32,000 bases of DNA from Mycolicibacterium smegmatis (GCF_001457595.1 NZ_LN831039.1:5640001-5672000), one strand, 5' to 3'. Shown: positions 1 through 8,199, counted from the stretch's first letter. A program made the numbers and translations. Notes: generated by a model not told the origin, from the letters alone.

Positions 1-204
1 CGGGGATCACGCCGGTCGCACCGTCAGGTCCGGCGGTACCGGCCGGTCCACCGGGGATGGAGCCCGTTGCGCCGTCGGGTCCTGCGGCACCTCCCGGACC
101 ACCGGGGATGGCACCGCTGGCGCCGCCCGGTCCGGCCGTGCCACCCGGACCACCGGGGATCTGACCGGTCGCGCCGCCGGGACCGGCGGTGCCGATGTCC
201 GAGC
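1..204 (-). repeat. 51-nt (17-codon) tandem repeat, about 4 copies, inside the Gly-rich CDS
   Basis: The motif cggggat recurs at 1, 52, 103 and 154 (period 51). The units encode IPGGPGGxAGPxGAxGx. Confidence 0.85.
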
Positions 205-328
205 ACGGTGTGCCGTCAGCGTTGACACACGGCGGCGGGGCCGGCTCGGCCATCGCCATGGGAGCAAAGGCCAGAGCCCCTGCCGCCGCGCCTGCAAAAA
301 TCATCGAGGTGAGCGTCTTTGAGGTCAT
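1..328 (-). CDS. Secreted Gly/Pro-rich tandem-repeat protein, N-terminal part only (runs off the window start)
   Basis: It is absent from the ORF track because there is no stop in the window. My translation from the ATG at 328..326 gives MTSKTLTSMIFAGAAAAGALAFAPMAMA|EPAPPPCVNADGTPCSDIGTAGPGGATGQ. This is followed by the units IPGGPGGTAGPGGASGA, IPGGPGGAAGPDGATGS and IPGGPAGTAGPDGATGV. An in-frame TAG lies upstream at 340..338. The N-terminus is a signal peptide with an AxA cleavage site. Confidence 0.7.
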   Translation of the reverse strand, partial: MTSKTLTSMIFAGAAAGALAFAPMAMAEPAPPPCVNADGTPCSDIGTAGPGGATGQIPGGPGGTAGPGGASGAIPGGPGGAAGPDGATGSIPGGPAGTAGPDGATGVIP

Positions 329-378
329 GCATGAGGTCTACCCAGCCTTCACGCATGTCGAAACGCACAACAGGCGAA

Positions 379-1128
379 CTATGCGAAGCGCTTGGTGTAC
401 TTAGGTGGCAACAGCCGCATGACCTGGGTCAGCGGCGCCCACGGCCAGCGCGGCACGACGGCGCGCCCCTTCTCCTTCTCGATGGCCTCGACCATGGCGC
501 GCACGCCGGTCTCGTTGTCGACCATGAGCATCGTCGAGTTGGCCTTGGCCGTCATCTCGGATTCGATGTACCCCGGTTCGACGACCGTGACCCTGATGGG
601 GCCCTTGTCGTACTCCGCGCGCAGGGACTCGCCCAGCGACGTCATACCGGCCTTGCTCGCACAGTAGGCGGCCTTGCCGCCGGGGACACCCGTGTTGCCC
701 AGCACCGAGGAGATCAGCACCAGGTGTCCACCGCCTGCCTTCTTGAACATCTCCAGTGCGGCCTCGATCTGCACCAGACCGGCGACCAGGTTGGTCTCGA
801 GCGTGGCCTTGTTGGCCCACGGCTTGCCCTCGCCCAGCGGCCAGCCCTTGCCGATGCCCGCGTTGACGATGACGCGGTCGATACCGCCGAGTTCCTCGGA
901 CAGTTCGTTGAACACCCGGGGCACGGCCTCGTGATCGTTGACGTCCAGCGCGGCGATGGCCACCTTGATGTACGGGTGTCGGTCGGCGATCTCGGCCTTG
1001 AGCTCCTCCAGACGATCCGTGCGGCGCGCGCACAGCGCCAGGTTGCGGCCTCTGGCTGCGAATTGACGGGCCATACCGGCGCCCAGGCCTGAGCTGGCAC
1101 CGGTGATGAGGATGTTCTGACGGGTCAC
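379..1128 (-). CDS. Short-chain dehydrogenase/reductase (SDR family oxidoreductase)
   Basis: The 249-aa ORF has the N-terminal ITGASSGLGAGMA motif (TGxxxGxG Rossmann), NAGIG, and the catalytic YCASK (YxxxK). Confidence 0.9.
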   Translation of the reverse strand: MTRQNILITGASSGLGAGMARQFAARGRNLALCARRTDRLEELKAEIADRHPYIKVAIAALDVNDHEAVPRVFNELSEELGGIDRVIVNAGIGKGWPLGEGKPWANKATLETNLVAGLVQIEAALEMFKKAGGGHLVLISSVLGNTGVPGGKAAYCASKAGMTSLGESLRAEYDKGPIRVTVVEPGYIESEMTAKANSTMLMVDNETGVRAMVEAIEKEKGRAVVPRWPWAPLTQVMRLLPPKYTKRFA

Positions 1129-1172
1129 CGCAGCAGGATAACCGGGTTAGACAACTGTCAAGAATCCGCCCG

Positions 1173-2039
1173 CTATTTGAGCAGGCGCGACATCCGCCGG
1201 TCGGCCAGCACCTTACCGCCGGTCTGGCAGGTCGGGCAGTACTGGAAGGACTTGTCGGCGAACGAGACCTCCCGCACGGTGTCGCCGCACACCGGGCACG
1301 GCAGGCCGGTGCGCGCGTGGACCCGTAGGCCCGAGCGTTTCTCGCCCTTCAACGTCGCGGCCTGCTGCCCCACCGAGCGGCTCACGGCATCGGTGAGCAC
1401 CGTGATCATGGCGTCGTGCAGCGCACCGAGTTGCGCATCGGTGAGCTTGCCCGCGGTCGCGAACGGCGACAGCTTGGCCACGTGCAGGATCTCGTCACTG
1501 TAGGCGTTGCCGATGCCCGCCATCACCTTCTGGTCGGTGATCACGGTCTTGATGCGCCCGGAGTTGCCCGCGAGCACCCCGGCCAGGGCCGTCGAATCCA
1601 GCGACAGCGCGTCGGGACCGAGACTCGCGATCTGCGGGACGTCCATCGGATCGCGGACCACCCACACCGCGAGCCGCTTCTGCGTGCCCGCCTCGGTGAG
1701 GTCGAAGCCCTGGGAGTCCCCCAAATGCACGCGCAGGGCGATCGGCCCCTTCCCCGGCTTGAGCGGCGTGGGTGCGAGTTTGTCCGACCACCGCAGCCAC
1801 CCCGCGCGTGACAGGTGCGTGATGAGGTGCAGCGGCGCGCCGCCGGATTCGACTTCCATACCGAGGTACTTGCCCCAGCGATGGGCCGCCGTGACGGTGC
1901 TGCCGTGCAGCGCCGCGACCGGCGGATCGAACGTCTTGAGCACCGACAACGCGGACACGTCGACGCGTGACACCACCCGGCCGACCGCGTGCCGGCGCAG
2001 GTGATCGGCCAGTGCCTCGACCTCGGGCAGTTCGGGCAT
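1173..2039 (-). CDS. Fpg/Nei family DNA glycosylase / AP lyase (288 aa)
   Basis: The internal Met of the 548-aa ORF begins MPELPEVE, the hallmark N-terminus with catalytic Pro2/Glu3. The C-terminal zinc finger reads CPVCGDTV...YCPTCQ. I counted 289 codons back from the stop, which gives 'cat' at 2037..2039. The upstream 260 aa are Arg/His/Pro-rich shadow sequence. Confidence 0.9.
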   Translation of the reverse strand: MPELPEVEALADHLRRHAVGRVVSRVDVSALSVLKTFDPPVAALHGSTVTAAHRWGKYLGMEVESGGAPLHLITHLSRAGWLRWSDKLAPTPLKPGKGPIALRVHLGDSQGFDLTEAGTQKRLAVWVVRDPMDVPQIASLGPDALSLDSTALAGVLAGNSGRIKTVITDQKVMAGIGNAYSDEILHVAKLSPFATAGKLTDAQLGALHDAMITVLTDAVSRSVGQQAATLKGEKRSGLRVHARTGLPCPVCGDTVREVSFADKSFQYCPTCQTGGKVLADRRMSRLLK

Positions 2040-2069
2040 GCCTTCCAGTGTGTCAGCCGAACGCCGACC

Positions 2070-3830
2070 ATGCTGGTAACCATGTCCGAACGGCACGCGC
2101 CGGAACCCGTCGGTAATCCCCTGCGCGGCATCTTCGTGGTCAACCGGGTCGCGGGGCGCTGGCCGTTCGCGCTGCGTGCGGCGATCTGCATGGCGGTGCC
2201 GGTGCTGGTCGGCTGGTCGGCCGGGAACACGTCCGCCGGCCTGATCGCCACCATCGGCGGGTTCACGTCGCTCTACGGCAGCGGACGGCCCTACCTCAAT
2301 CGCGGTGTGTTCCTCGGCGGCGTGGCGGTGACGTTCGCGGTGGTGGTGGCCCTCGGCGACTGGGCGTCGCGGCACGTGTGGCTCGGCGTGGCCACAGTGA
2401 CCGTGATCGCGATGGTCACGGTGCTGGTGTGCCACGCGTTGTCGGTCGGGCCGCCAGGGGCGTACATGTTCGTGCTGGCCTGCGCGGCGGGGACCGGCGC
2501 GCCCGGCACCGCCGACCTGGGCCCGGTGCGGATGGCGTTGCTGGTGCTCGCGGGTGGATCGTTCGCGTGGTGCGTGCACATGCTGGGTGCCCTGATCCGC
2601 CCGCGCGGTCCGGAGAGGGCCGCGGTGCGCGACGCCGCGCTGGCGATCGCCGAGTACATCGACAGCATCGGCGGCGACGCGAATGCCGAAGGGCAGGCCC
2701 GCCACCGCGCGGCCACGCTGCTGCACACCGCATGGGTGACGCTCGTGACGTTCCAGCCCGTGCAACCGAAACCCGATCAGGCGCTGTACCGGCTGCGGGT
2801 GGTCAACCGGCGGTTGCATGTGCTTTTAGCCGACGCGATGCGCGCCGCCGACGCAGGCACCGCTCCCCCACCCGGCGGTGCCGCGTTCGCCCGCGAACTC
2901 GCGGCCATCCCCCCGCTCACCGATGAGCATGGCGCTGAAGGCGTTCCGCTCGGCAGGCCCGGCGCGGGCCAACTGCTGCGCCAGGCGCTGCGCCCGGGGT
3001 CGATGTCGCTGCGACTGGCCGCGAGAGTCGCTGTGGCCGTGGCGATCTCAGGGGCCATCGCGGTCGGGTTCGCCGAGGCGCTCGCGATCGACCGCGCCTA
3101 CTGGGCGATGGCCGCGGCAGTGCTCATGCTGCACCAGGGTTTCGCGTGGGTGCGCACCGTGACCCGCAGCGTCGAACGCATGGTGGGCACATGGCTGGGC
3201 CTCGGTGTCGCGGGCGCGATCCTCGCGGTGCATCCGCAGGGCGTCTGGCTCGCGCTGACCATCGGGGTGCTGCAGTTCGTCATCGAGATGTACGTGGTGC
3301 GCAACTACACCCTGGCCGTCGTGTTCATCACCCCGGCCGCGCTGACCATCTCGTCCGGCGGTGCGGCGATCACCGATCTCGGTGCGCTCCTGTGGGCCCG
3401 CGGTGTGGACACGCTGATCGGTTGTGCGGTGGCGCTTCTCGCCTACCGGGCGACGCAGCGAATGCGCGCCCCGACGGCATTGTCGACGGCGATCACGCGG
3501 ACCCTCGACGCGGTCGACGCGACCCTGCCCCACCTCGGCGCCGGCGCGGCGACCACCGGTGCGGCCCGCACCCACCGCCGCGACCTCCACGTGCGCGCGA
3601 TGGCGCTGCTGCCGTCATACGACGCCGCGGTCGGCGGTTCGGCCGCCCAACGGCGCGCGGCAGAACGGTTGTGGCCCACGGTCGTCGCCGCCGAGCAGCT
3701 GGCGTACCGCACGCTGGCGGCGTGCTGGGCACTCGAACGCGACGGCGACGTCGACGCGGCGCGCGACACTGCCGACGCACTGGCCGAGCAGGCCTCAGAC
3801 GTTCGCGGCCGCCTTGACGAGGGACAGTAG
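2070..3830 (+). CDS. FUSC / aromatic-acid-exporter family integral membrane protein
   Basis: It has multiple TM segments in two blocks (AICMAVPVLVGW..., AVAVAISGAIAVGF...) and a C-terminal soluble helical region. The start is uncertain: ATG 2070, ATG 2082 or GTG 1989. 2070 leaves a 30-nt divergent gap to the glycosylase gene. Confidence 0.75.
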   Translation: MLVTMSERHAPEPVGNPLRGIFVVNRVAGRWPFALRAAICMAVPVLVGWSAGNTSAGLIATIGGFTSLYGSGRPYLNRGVFLGGVAVTFAVVVALGDWASRHVWLGVATVTVIAMVTVLVCHALSVGPPGAYMFVLACAAGTGAPGTADLGPVRMALLVLAGGSFAWCVHMLGALIRPRGPERAAVRDAALAIAEYIDSIGGDANAEGQARHRAATLLHTAWVTLVTFQPVQPKPDQALYRLRVVNRRLHVLLADAMRAADAGTAPPPGGAAFARELAAIPPLTDEHGAEGVPLGRPGAGQLLRQALRPGSMSLRLAARVAVAVAISGAIAVGFAEALAIDRAYWAMAAAVLMLHQGFAWVRTVTRSVERMVGTWLGLGVAGAILAVHPQGVWLALTIGVLQFVIEMYVVRNYTLAVVFITPAALTISSGGAAITDLGALLWARGVDTLIGCAVALLAYRATQRMRAPTALSTAITRTLDAVDATLPHLGAGAATTGAARTHRRDLHVRAMALLPSYDAAVGGSAAQRRAAERLWPTVVAAEQLAYRTLAACWALERDGDVDAARDTADALAEQASDVRGRLDEGQ

Positions 3831-4184
3831 CCAACTGACGACCGACAGCACGATGGCCGCCCAGATCGCGGTCCACCAGAAGTCGTCGATGTGCAGACCC
3901 CAGTGCGTGGTGTGGTCGGTGATCTGCGACGTGATCCACAGCATCAGCGCGTTGATGACGATGTGGAACAGTCCGAGCGTGAGGATGTAGAGCGGGATCG
4001 ACAGGATCTGCACGATCGGCTTGATGATCGCGTTGACCAACCCGAAGATCACCGCGACCACGAAGATGATGCCGACCCGTGTCAGCGTCGAGTCACCACC
4101 GACGAAGCTCATCCCCGGGACGATGAGAGTGACCACCCAGAGCGCGAATCCGGTCAGTGCGGCGCGCAACAGAAATGAGCTCAT
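3795..4184 (-). CDS. Small 4-TM membrane protein, phage-holin-4-like family (Pfam PF04020-like)
   Basis: The 129-aa protein contains LVNAIIKPIVQILSIPLYILTLGLFHIVINALMLWITS, typical of this family as I remember it. It starts 6 nt downstream of the cobF stop. Confidence 0.7.
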   Translation of the reverse strand: MSSFLLRAALTGFALWVVTLIVPGMSFVGGDSTLTRVGIIFVVAVIFGLVNAIIKPIVQILSIPLYILTLGLFHIVINALMLWITSQITDHTTHWGLHIDDFWWTAIWAAIVLSVVSWLLSLVKAAANV

Positions 4185-4190
4185 GATGGC

Positions 4191-4931
4191 TCAGTCTGCC
4201 GAGCGCAGCAGGTAGGTGTCCATGATCCAGCCGTGGCGTGTCCTGGCCTCGGCGCGCATGCGCACGATGTCCTCTGCCACGTCGCCGACCGTGCCGGCCA
4301 CCAAAAGTTCGTCGGGCGTGCCCAGATAGGCGCCCCACCAGATCCGCGTGCGCGGATCGCACGTGCGGAACGAGCAGTCCGCGTCGAGCATCACCACGGC
4401 GCTGCCGGTCAGGCCGTGCTCGCGAAGGCGCCGGCCGGTGGTGATCAGGACCGGTTCGCCGACGTCGTTGAGCGGGATGCGGTGACGCGCCGTGAGTGCC
4501 TGGATCGCGGTCACACCGGGAATCACGTCGTAGTCGAATTCGACGTGCTCGCCGACCATCTCGAGGATGCGCAGGGTGCTGTCGTACAGCGACGGGTCGC
4601 CCCACGCCAGGAACGCGCCCACGCCGTCGGGTCCGAGTTCGCTCTCGATCGCGCGCGCCCAGATGCGTGCGCGTTCGGCATGCCAGTCCGCGACGATCTG
4701 CCGGTAGTCACCATCTTCGGCCCGTTTCGGGTCGGCGAGTTCGACGAAGCGGTAACGGGCCTCGGTGATGAACCGCTCGCAGATCAACCGCCGCAGCGCC
4801 ACCAGTTCGTCCTTCGATTGGCCCTTGTCCATGGCGAAGAACACCTCGGTGTCGTTGAGCGCGGCGACGGCCTGCGCGGTGACGTAGTCCGGATCTCCGG
4901 CTCCGATACCGATGACGTGGATGCGACGCAC
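4191..4931 (-). CDS. cobF: Precorrin-6A synthase (deacetylating), tetrapyrrole methylase superfamily
   Basis: The 246-aa protein has IHVIGIGAGDPDYVT, GDPSLYDS and VIPGVTA, and its length is typical of CobF. Confidence 0.8.
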   Translation of the reverse strand: MRRIHVIGIGAGDPDYVTAQAVAALNDTEVFFAMDKGQSKDELVALRRLICERFITEARYRFVELADPKRAEDGDYRQIVADWHAERARIWARAIESELGPDGVGAFLAWGDPSLYDSTLRILEMVGEHVEFDYDVIPGVTAIQALTARHRIPLNDVGEPVLITTGRRLREHGLTGSAVVMLDADCSFRTCDPRTRIWWGAYLGTPDELLVAGTVGDVAEDIVRMRAEARTRHGWIMDTYLLRSAD

Positions 4932-4986
4932 ACGCGAAGGCTAACGACCCGACCGTCGTTACCCCAAGTACCCGGTACCGCTGGTA

Positions 4987-5015
4987 TTGACTTGTCGATC
5001 TTCCTTGCCTACCTT
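4987..5015 (+). promoter_or_regulatory. Candidate SigA-type promoter for the diiron oxygenase gene
   Basis: TTGACT (4987-4992), a 17-nt spacer, then TACCTT (5010-5015, fits TANNNT), about 34 nt before the GTG at 5049. A near-palindrome cctaccttcgaagtagg (5008-5024) overlaps the -10. Confidence 0.35.
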
Positions 5016-5048
5016 CGAAGTAGGAACCCGACGAAGGGAACGTCAACG

Positions 5049-6278
5049 GTGACCACTTCGGTTCGATCTGCCGCCACCCGCGATGAGTACGCCGAACGCC
5101 TGCTGAAGGGCTCGGTGAAGAGGTCTTATGCCCCGGTCGTCGACATCGAATGGGACACGCCGCTGGAGCCCGACAAGTTCTTCCTGCCGCCCAAGCTCGT
5201 GTCGCTGTACGGAACACCGTTGTGGGAGAGCATGTCCCGCGAACAGCAGATCGAACTGTCGCGCCAGGAGCTGGCCAACACCCTGTCGGCGGGCATCTGG
5301 TTCGAGAACATCCTCAACCAGGCGCTGTTGCGCAAGATGATGCACCAGGACCCGACGGCCCGCGCGACGCACTACGAGCTCACCGAACTCGGCGACGAGA
5401 CCCGGCACATGGTGATGTTCGGCCGGGCCATCGAGCGCATAGGCGCCAAACCGGTCCGCCCGCGGCTGTACCAGCGCATGATCATCAACACGCTGCCGTT
5501 CTTCTTCCGCGGTTCGGTGTTGTGGGTGGCCGCGCTGATCGGCGAGGAGATCTTCGATTCACTGCAGCGGCAGATGATGGACGATCCCGAACTCCAGCCG
5601 TTCGTGCAGCGGGTCATGCGCATCCACGTCACCGAGGAAGCGCGGCACATCCAGTTCGCGCGCGACGGCCTGCGCAAGCGCACGTCGGACATGGGGTGGC
5701 CCACGCGCGTGTGGGTGAGCAACCTCAACGGCCTCGGCGGCCTGTTCTTCCGCCACCTGTTCAGCCACCCGATCCAGTACCGGCGCGCAGGCCTCGACGG
5801 CCGCGCGGGCCGGCGCCTCGCCAGGGCCAGCGCACACCGCCATGAGGTGCAGGTCGCCGGGTTCGCCCCGCTTGCGGCGTTCCTCGAGGAGGTCGGCCTG
5901 ATGGGCCGCATCGGGCGACGGATGTGGCGGCGCTCCGGATTCCTGCCGCAGGACCACACCCCCACCGTGCGTCACCGCGGCATCGCCGCGGGGACCGAAC
6001 CCGCGATCGACGAGGACGTGTACGACGGCTTCGCGGTCCTCGACAACGGCGATCGTGACAGCCGGGTCCGTGTCCGTCTGACCGGCCACCTCGACCCGAT
6101 CGACGGCCGGTACCACTGGCAGGGCTCGATACTCGACGCCGACATGGTCGCGGGCACCGGGCCCGTGCGGTTGACCATCGGGCAGCGCAGTGCCGACGCG
6201 CGCATCGTCGAACGCACGGCCCAGAGCACGTACACCATCGCCGGTGTCGGCGAACCCCCGTTCACGCTCGCCGAGTAA
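5049..6278 (+). CDS. AurF-like diiron oxygenase fused to a C-terminal DUF4873-like domain
   Basis: The GTG at 5049 is in frame with the 681-aa ORF and is preceded by gaaggga 8 nt upstream. The upstream part of that ORF is antisense to cobF. Two E..RH iron-ligand motifs are present (LGDETRHMVMF and HVTEEARHIQF). The C-terminus reads VYDGFAVLDNGD...LDPIDGRYHWQG...TIAGVGEPPF. Confidence 0.8.
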   Translation: MTTSVRSAATRDEYAERLLKGSVKRSYAPVVDIEWDTPLEPDKFFLPPKLVSLYGTPLWESMSREQQIELSRQELANTLSAGIWFENILNQALLRKMMHQDPTARATHYELTELGDETRHMVMFGRAIERIGAKPVRPRLYQRMIINTLPFFFRGSVLWVAALIGEEIFDSLQRQMMDDPELQPFVQRVMRIHVTEEARHIQFARDGLRKRTSDMGWPTRVWVSNLNGLGGLFFRHLFSHPIQYRRAGLDGRAGRRLARASAHRHEVQVAGFAPLAAFLEEVGLMGRIGRRMWRRSGFLPQDHTPTVRHRGIAAGTEPAIDEDVYDGFAVLDNGDRDSRVRVRLTGHLDPIDGRYHWQGSILDADMVAGTGPVRLTIGQRSADARIVERTAQSTYTIAGVGEPPFTLAE

Positions 6279-6347
6279 GAGCGCAACGCCCGAGCGCTAC
6301 CACCTGCGTCATCACTCCCGCGGTTTCAGGGATTGCCCGTCGGCGAC

Positions 6348-6371
6348 GTTTCCTGCGCGCATACTTGGGTA
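6348..6371 (+). promoter_or_regulatory. Candidate SigF-type promoter upstream of the CheB-like gene
   Basis: GTTT (6348-6351), a 15-nt spacer, then GGGTA (6367-6371). This matches the mycobacterial SigF consensus as I recall it (GTTT-N15-17-GGGTA). It lies 23 nt before the ATG at 6394, with the G-rich SD gcgggggg between them. Confidence 0.4.
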
Positions 6372-6393
6372 ACAAGAGCCCGCGGGGGGCGAT

Positions 6394-7407
6394 ATGACAA
6401 ATTTCGATTCAAAGCACGGGGTGGTCGCGATCGGCGCATCGGCCGGTGGTGTGGAAGCGTTGACTCGGTTGGCTGCCAACCTGTCTCGCGATCTTTCCTA
6501 TGCCGTCGTGGTAGTCCTCCACATGCCTGCCAATGCACCCAGCGTGCTGGCCAGAATTCTCGATCGCGCAGGGCCACTCCCGGCGGTCACCGCTGTCGAC
6601 GGCGCCTCCCTGGAGGCAGGCACGATCCACGTCGCCCGGCCCGGCCGCCACCTGATGGTGCACGACGGACACGTCGTGCTCAGCGAAGGACCCACCGAGA
6701 ACGGGCACCGTCCCGCGGTGAATGCACTTTTCCGATCGGTCGCGCTGGCGTAGGGCCCACGTGTGATCGGCGTCCTGTTGTCGGGGGTGCTCGACGACGG
6801 TGTTCTCGGTGCCGCGGCCATCAAGAGACGCGGCGGGCTGGTGATCGCGCAGTCGCCGACAGACGCGCTGTTCCCCGCGATGCCGACGAACGCCATGCAT
6901 GCCGGGGTGGTCGACCATGTTGCGGACGCGGCCGACATGGGTGGGCTGATAAAGCAGCTGAGCGAGCGGACGATCGAGGAGCGCGACATGGAGCCCGACG
7001 ATTCCATGGAACTGGAGAACCGCATCGCCATGGCCGGCAGGTTCTCGACCGATTTCGATTCCGAGGCGCTCGGTCCCCCCTCCGGTTACATCTGCCCGGA
7101 CTGCAACGGGTCACTGTCGACCGTCAGCGAGGGCAACTTCCGCTGCCGCGTGGGGCACGCCTGGACCGCGGACGCGCTGCTGCGGGCGCGGGACCAGGAG
7201 GTCGAGGGCGCGCTGTGGGTCGCGCTGCGCAGCCTGGAGGAGAAGGCGAAGCTGTCGAGGAAGCTCGCGGAGAAGGCCGGCGCAGGGCTGATGGCGCGGC
7301 GGTATGAAGAACTCGCCACAGAGGCCGAGCACGCGGTGTCGGTGCTCAGTGAACGGCTGGCGGAGGTGGGCAGGCAAGTGGGGGACCTCGGTGACCAGAT
7401 CACGTAG
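6394..7407 (+). pseudogene. CheB-type protein-glutamate methylesterase with C-terminal zinc-ribbon/coiled-coil, interrupted by an in-frame TAG at 6751-6753
   Basis: ORFs 6394-6753 and 6763-7407 share a frame (both are 1 mod 3). The catalytic motifs are intact: GASAGG (Ser), VLHMP (His) and LSGVLDDG (Asp). The reading is ...FRSVALA*GPRVIGVLLSG. Downstream there is CPDCNGSL...FRCRVGHAW. Confidence 0.85.
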
Positions 7408-8152
7408 TCCGATCACCATCTCGGTCACCTCCCGCGGCGAGATCACCCTGCTGACCGTCGACGGTGTCCTGGACAGCACCACGTACCGCGAAGTGCGCGA
7501 CACGGTGATCAAAGCCGCGTTGTCCGAACCGCGCGCGGTGGTGGTCAACGTCAGCAGGCTCGTGGTCCCCACCGAAACGGCGTGGTCGGTGTTCACCAGC
7601 GCCCGGTGGCACGTGTGCGTGTGGCCGGATGTCCCGGTGTTGCTCGTATGCGATCATCAGCAGGGTCGTGCCTCCCTATGGCGCAACGGAATTCAACGCT
7701 ACGTTCCGGTGTGCTCGACACTGGACGAGGCGTGCGCGACGGTGCTCGCCGATCGCATGAGCCCACTGCGCCGCCGAGCGCGCGCGCATCTGCCCGCCGT
7801 GCACTCCAGTGTTCGACGGTCGCGGGAATTGGTCACCGACTGGCTGCTCAACTGGTCGCTGACCAAATACATCCCGGTGACCTGCGTGGTCACCGACGCC
7901 CTGGTGGAGAACGTCCTGGAGCACACCCTGAGCGCGCCGAAGATCATGCTCGAGAACCGAGGTGACACCGTCAGCATCGCCGTGGAGGACGAGAGCCCGG
8001 CACCGGCGGTACGTCACGAGGATCCCTACCGTGGCGGCGGCAGGTTGTCGGGCCTGGCCCTGGTGGCCAGCATCGCCCGGTCCTGGGGTTGCACACCGAC
8101 CACGACCGGAAAAACGGTTTGGGCGCTGATCGGTCCCGAGAGTTGCTTCTGA
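7391..8152 (+). CDS. Fusion of a STAS (anti-sigma-antagonist) domain and an RsbW/SpoIIAB-like HATPase (anti-sigma kinase) domain
   Basis: The N-terminal half reads ITISVTSRGEITLLTVDGVLDSTTYREVRD...VVVNVSRLVVPTETAWSVF (STAS-like). The C-terminal half reads SSVRRSRELVTDWL...DALVENVLEH (N-box-like)...SIAVEDESPAP...GRLSGLALVASIARSWG. I chose the GTG at 7391 as the start. It overlaps the CheB-like stop by 17 nt, and there is no in-frame ATG nearer the domain. Confidence 0.65.
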   Translation: MTRSRSPITISVTSRGEITLLTVDGVLDSTTYREVRDTVIKAALSEPRAVVVNVSRLVVPTETAWSVFTSARWHVCVWPDVPVLLVCDHQQGRASLWRNGIQRYVPVCSTLDEACATVLADRMSPLRRRARAHLPAVHSSVRRSRELVTDWLLNWSLTKYIPVTCVVTDALVENVLEHTLSAPKIMLENRGDTVSIAVEDESPAPAVRHEDPYRGGGRLSGLALVASIARSWGCTPTTTGKTVWALIGPESCF

Positions 8153-8199
8153 CCGCTAGTAAGGTCACAGTCGCGACACACCGCGGGCGATGGGATGAG

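Noticed and set aside
2040-2819. N-terminal 260 aa of the 548-aa minus-strand ORF (1173..2819)
   Set aside because: It is Arg/His/Pro/Gly-rich low-complexity sequence antisense to the FUSC membrane-protein gene. Fpg/Nei enzymes must begin with Met-Pro-Glu, which is found at 2039.
4233-5048. 5' 272 codons of the 681-aa plus-strand ORF
   Set aside because: It is antisense to the well-supported cobF gene and has shadow-frame composition. The recognisable diiron domain starts at the GTG at 5049, which has its own SD and promoter.
4932-5048. Cobalamin riboswitch upstream of cobF
   Set aside because: This 117-nt spacer has no B12-box-like sequence and is too short for the aptamer. The region looks like a simple divergent promoter.
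6333-7307. 324-aa plus-strand ORF overlapping the CheB-like gene in another frame
   Set aside because: It has Arg/Gly-rich junk composition, while the alternative frame has clear CheB catalytic motifs.
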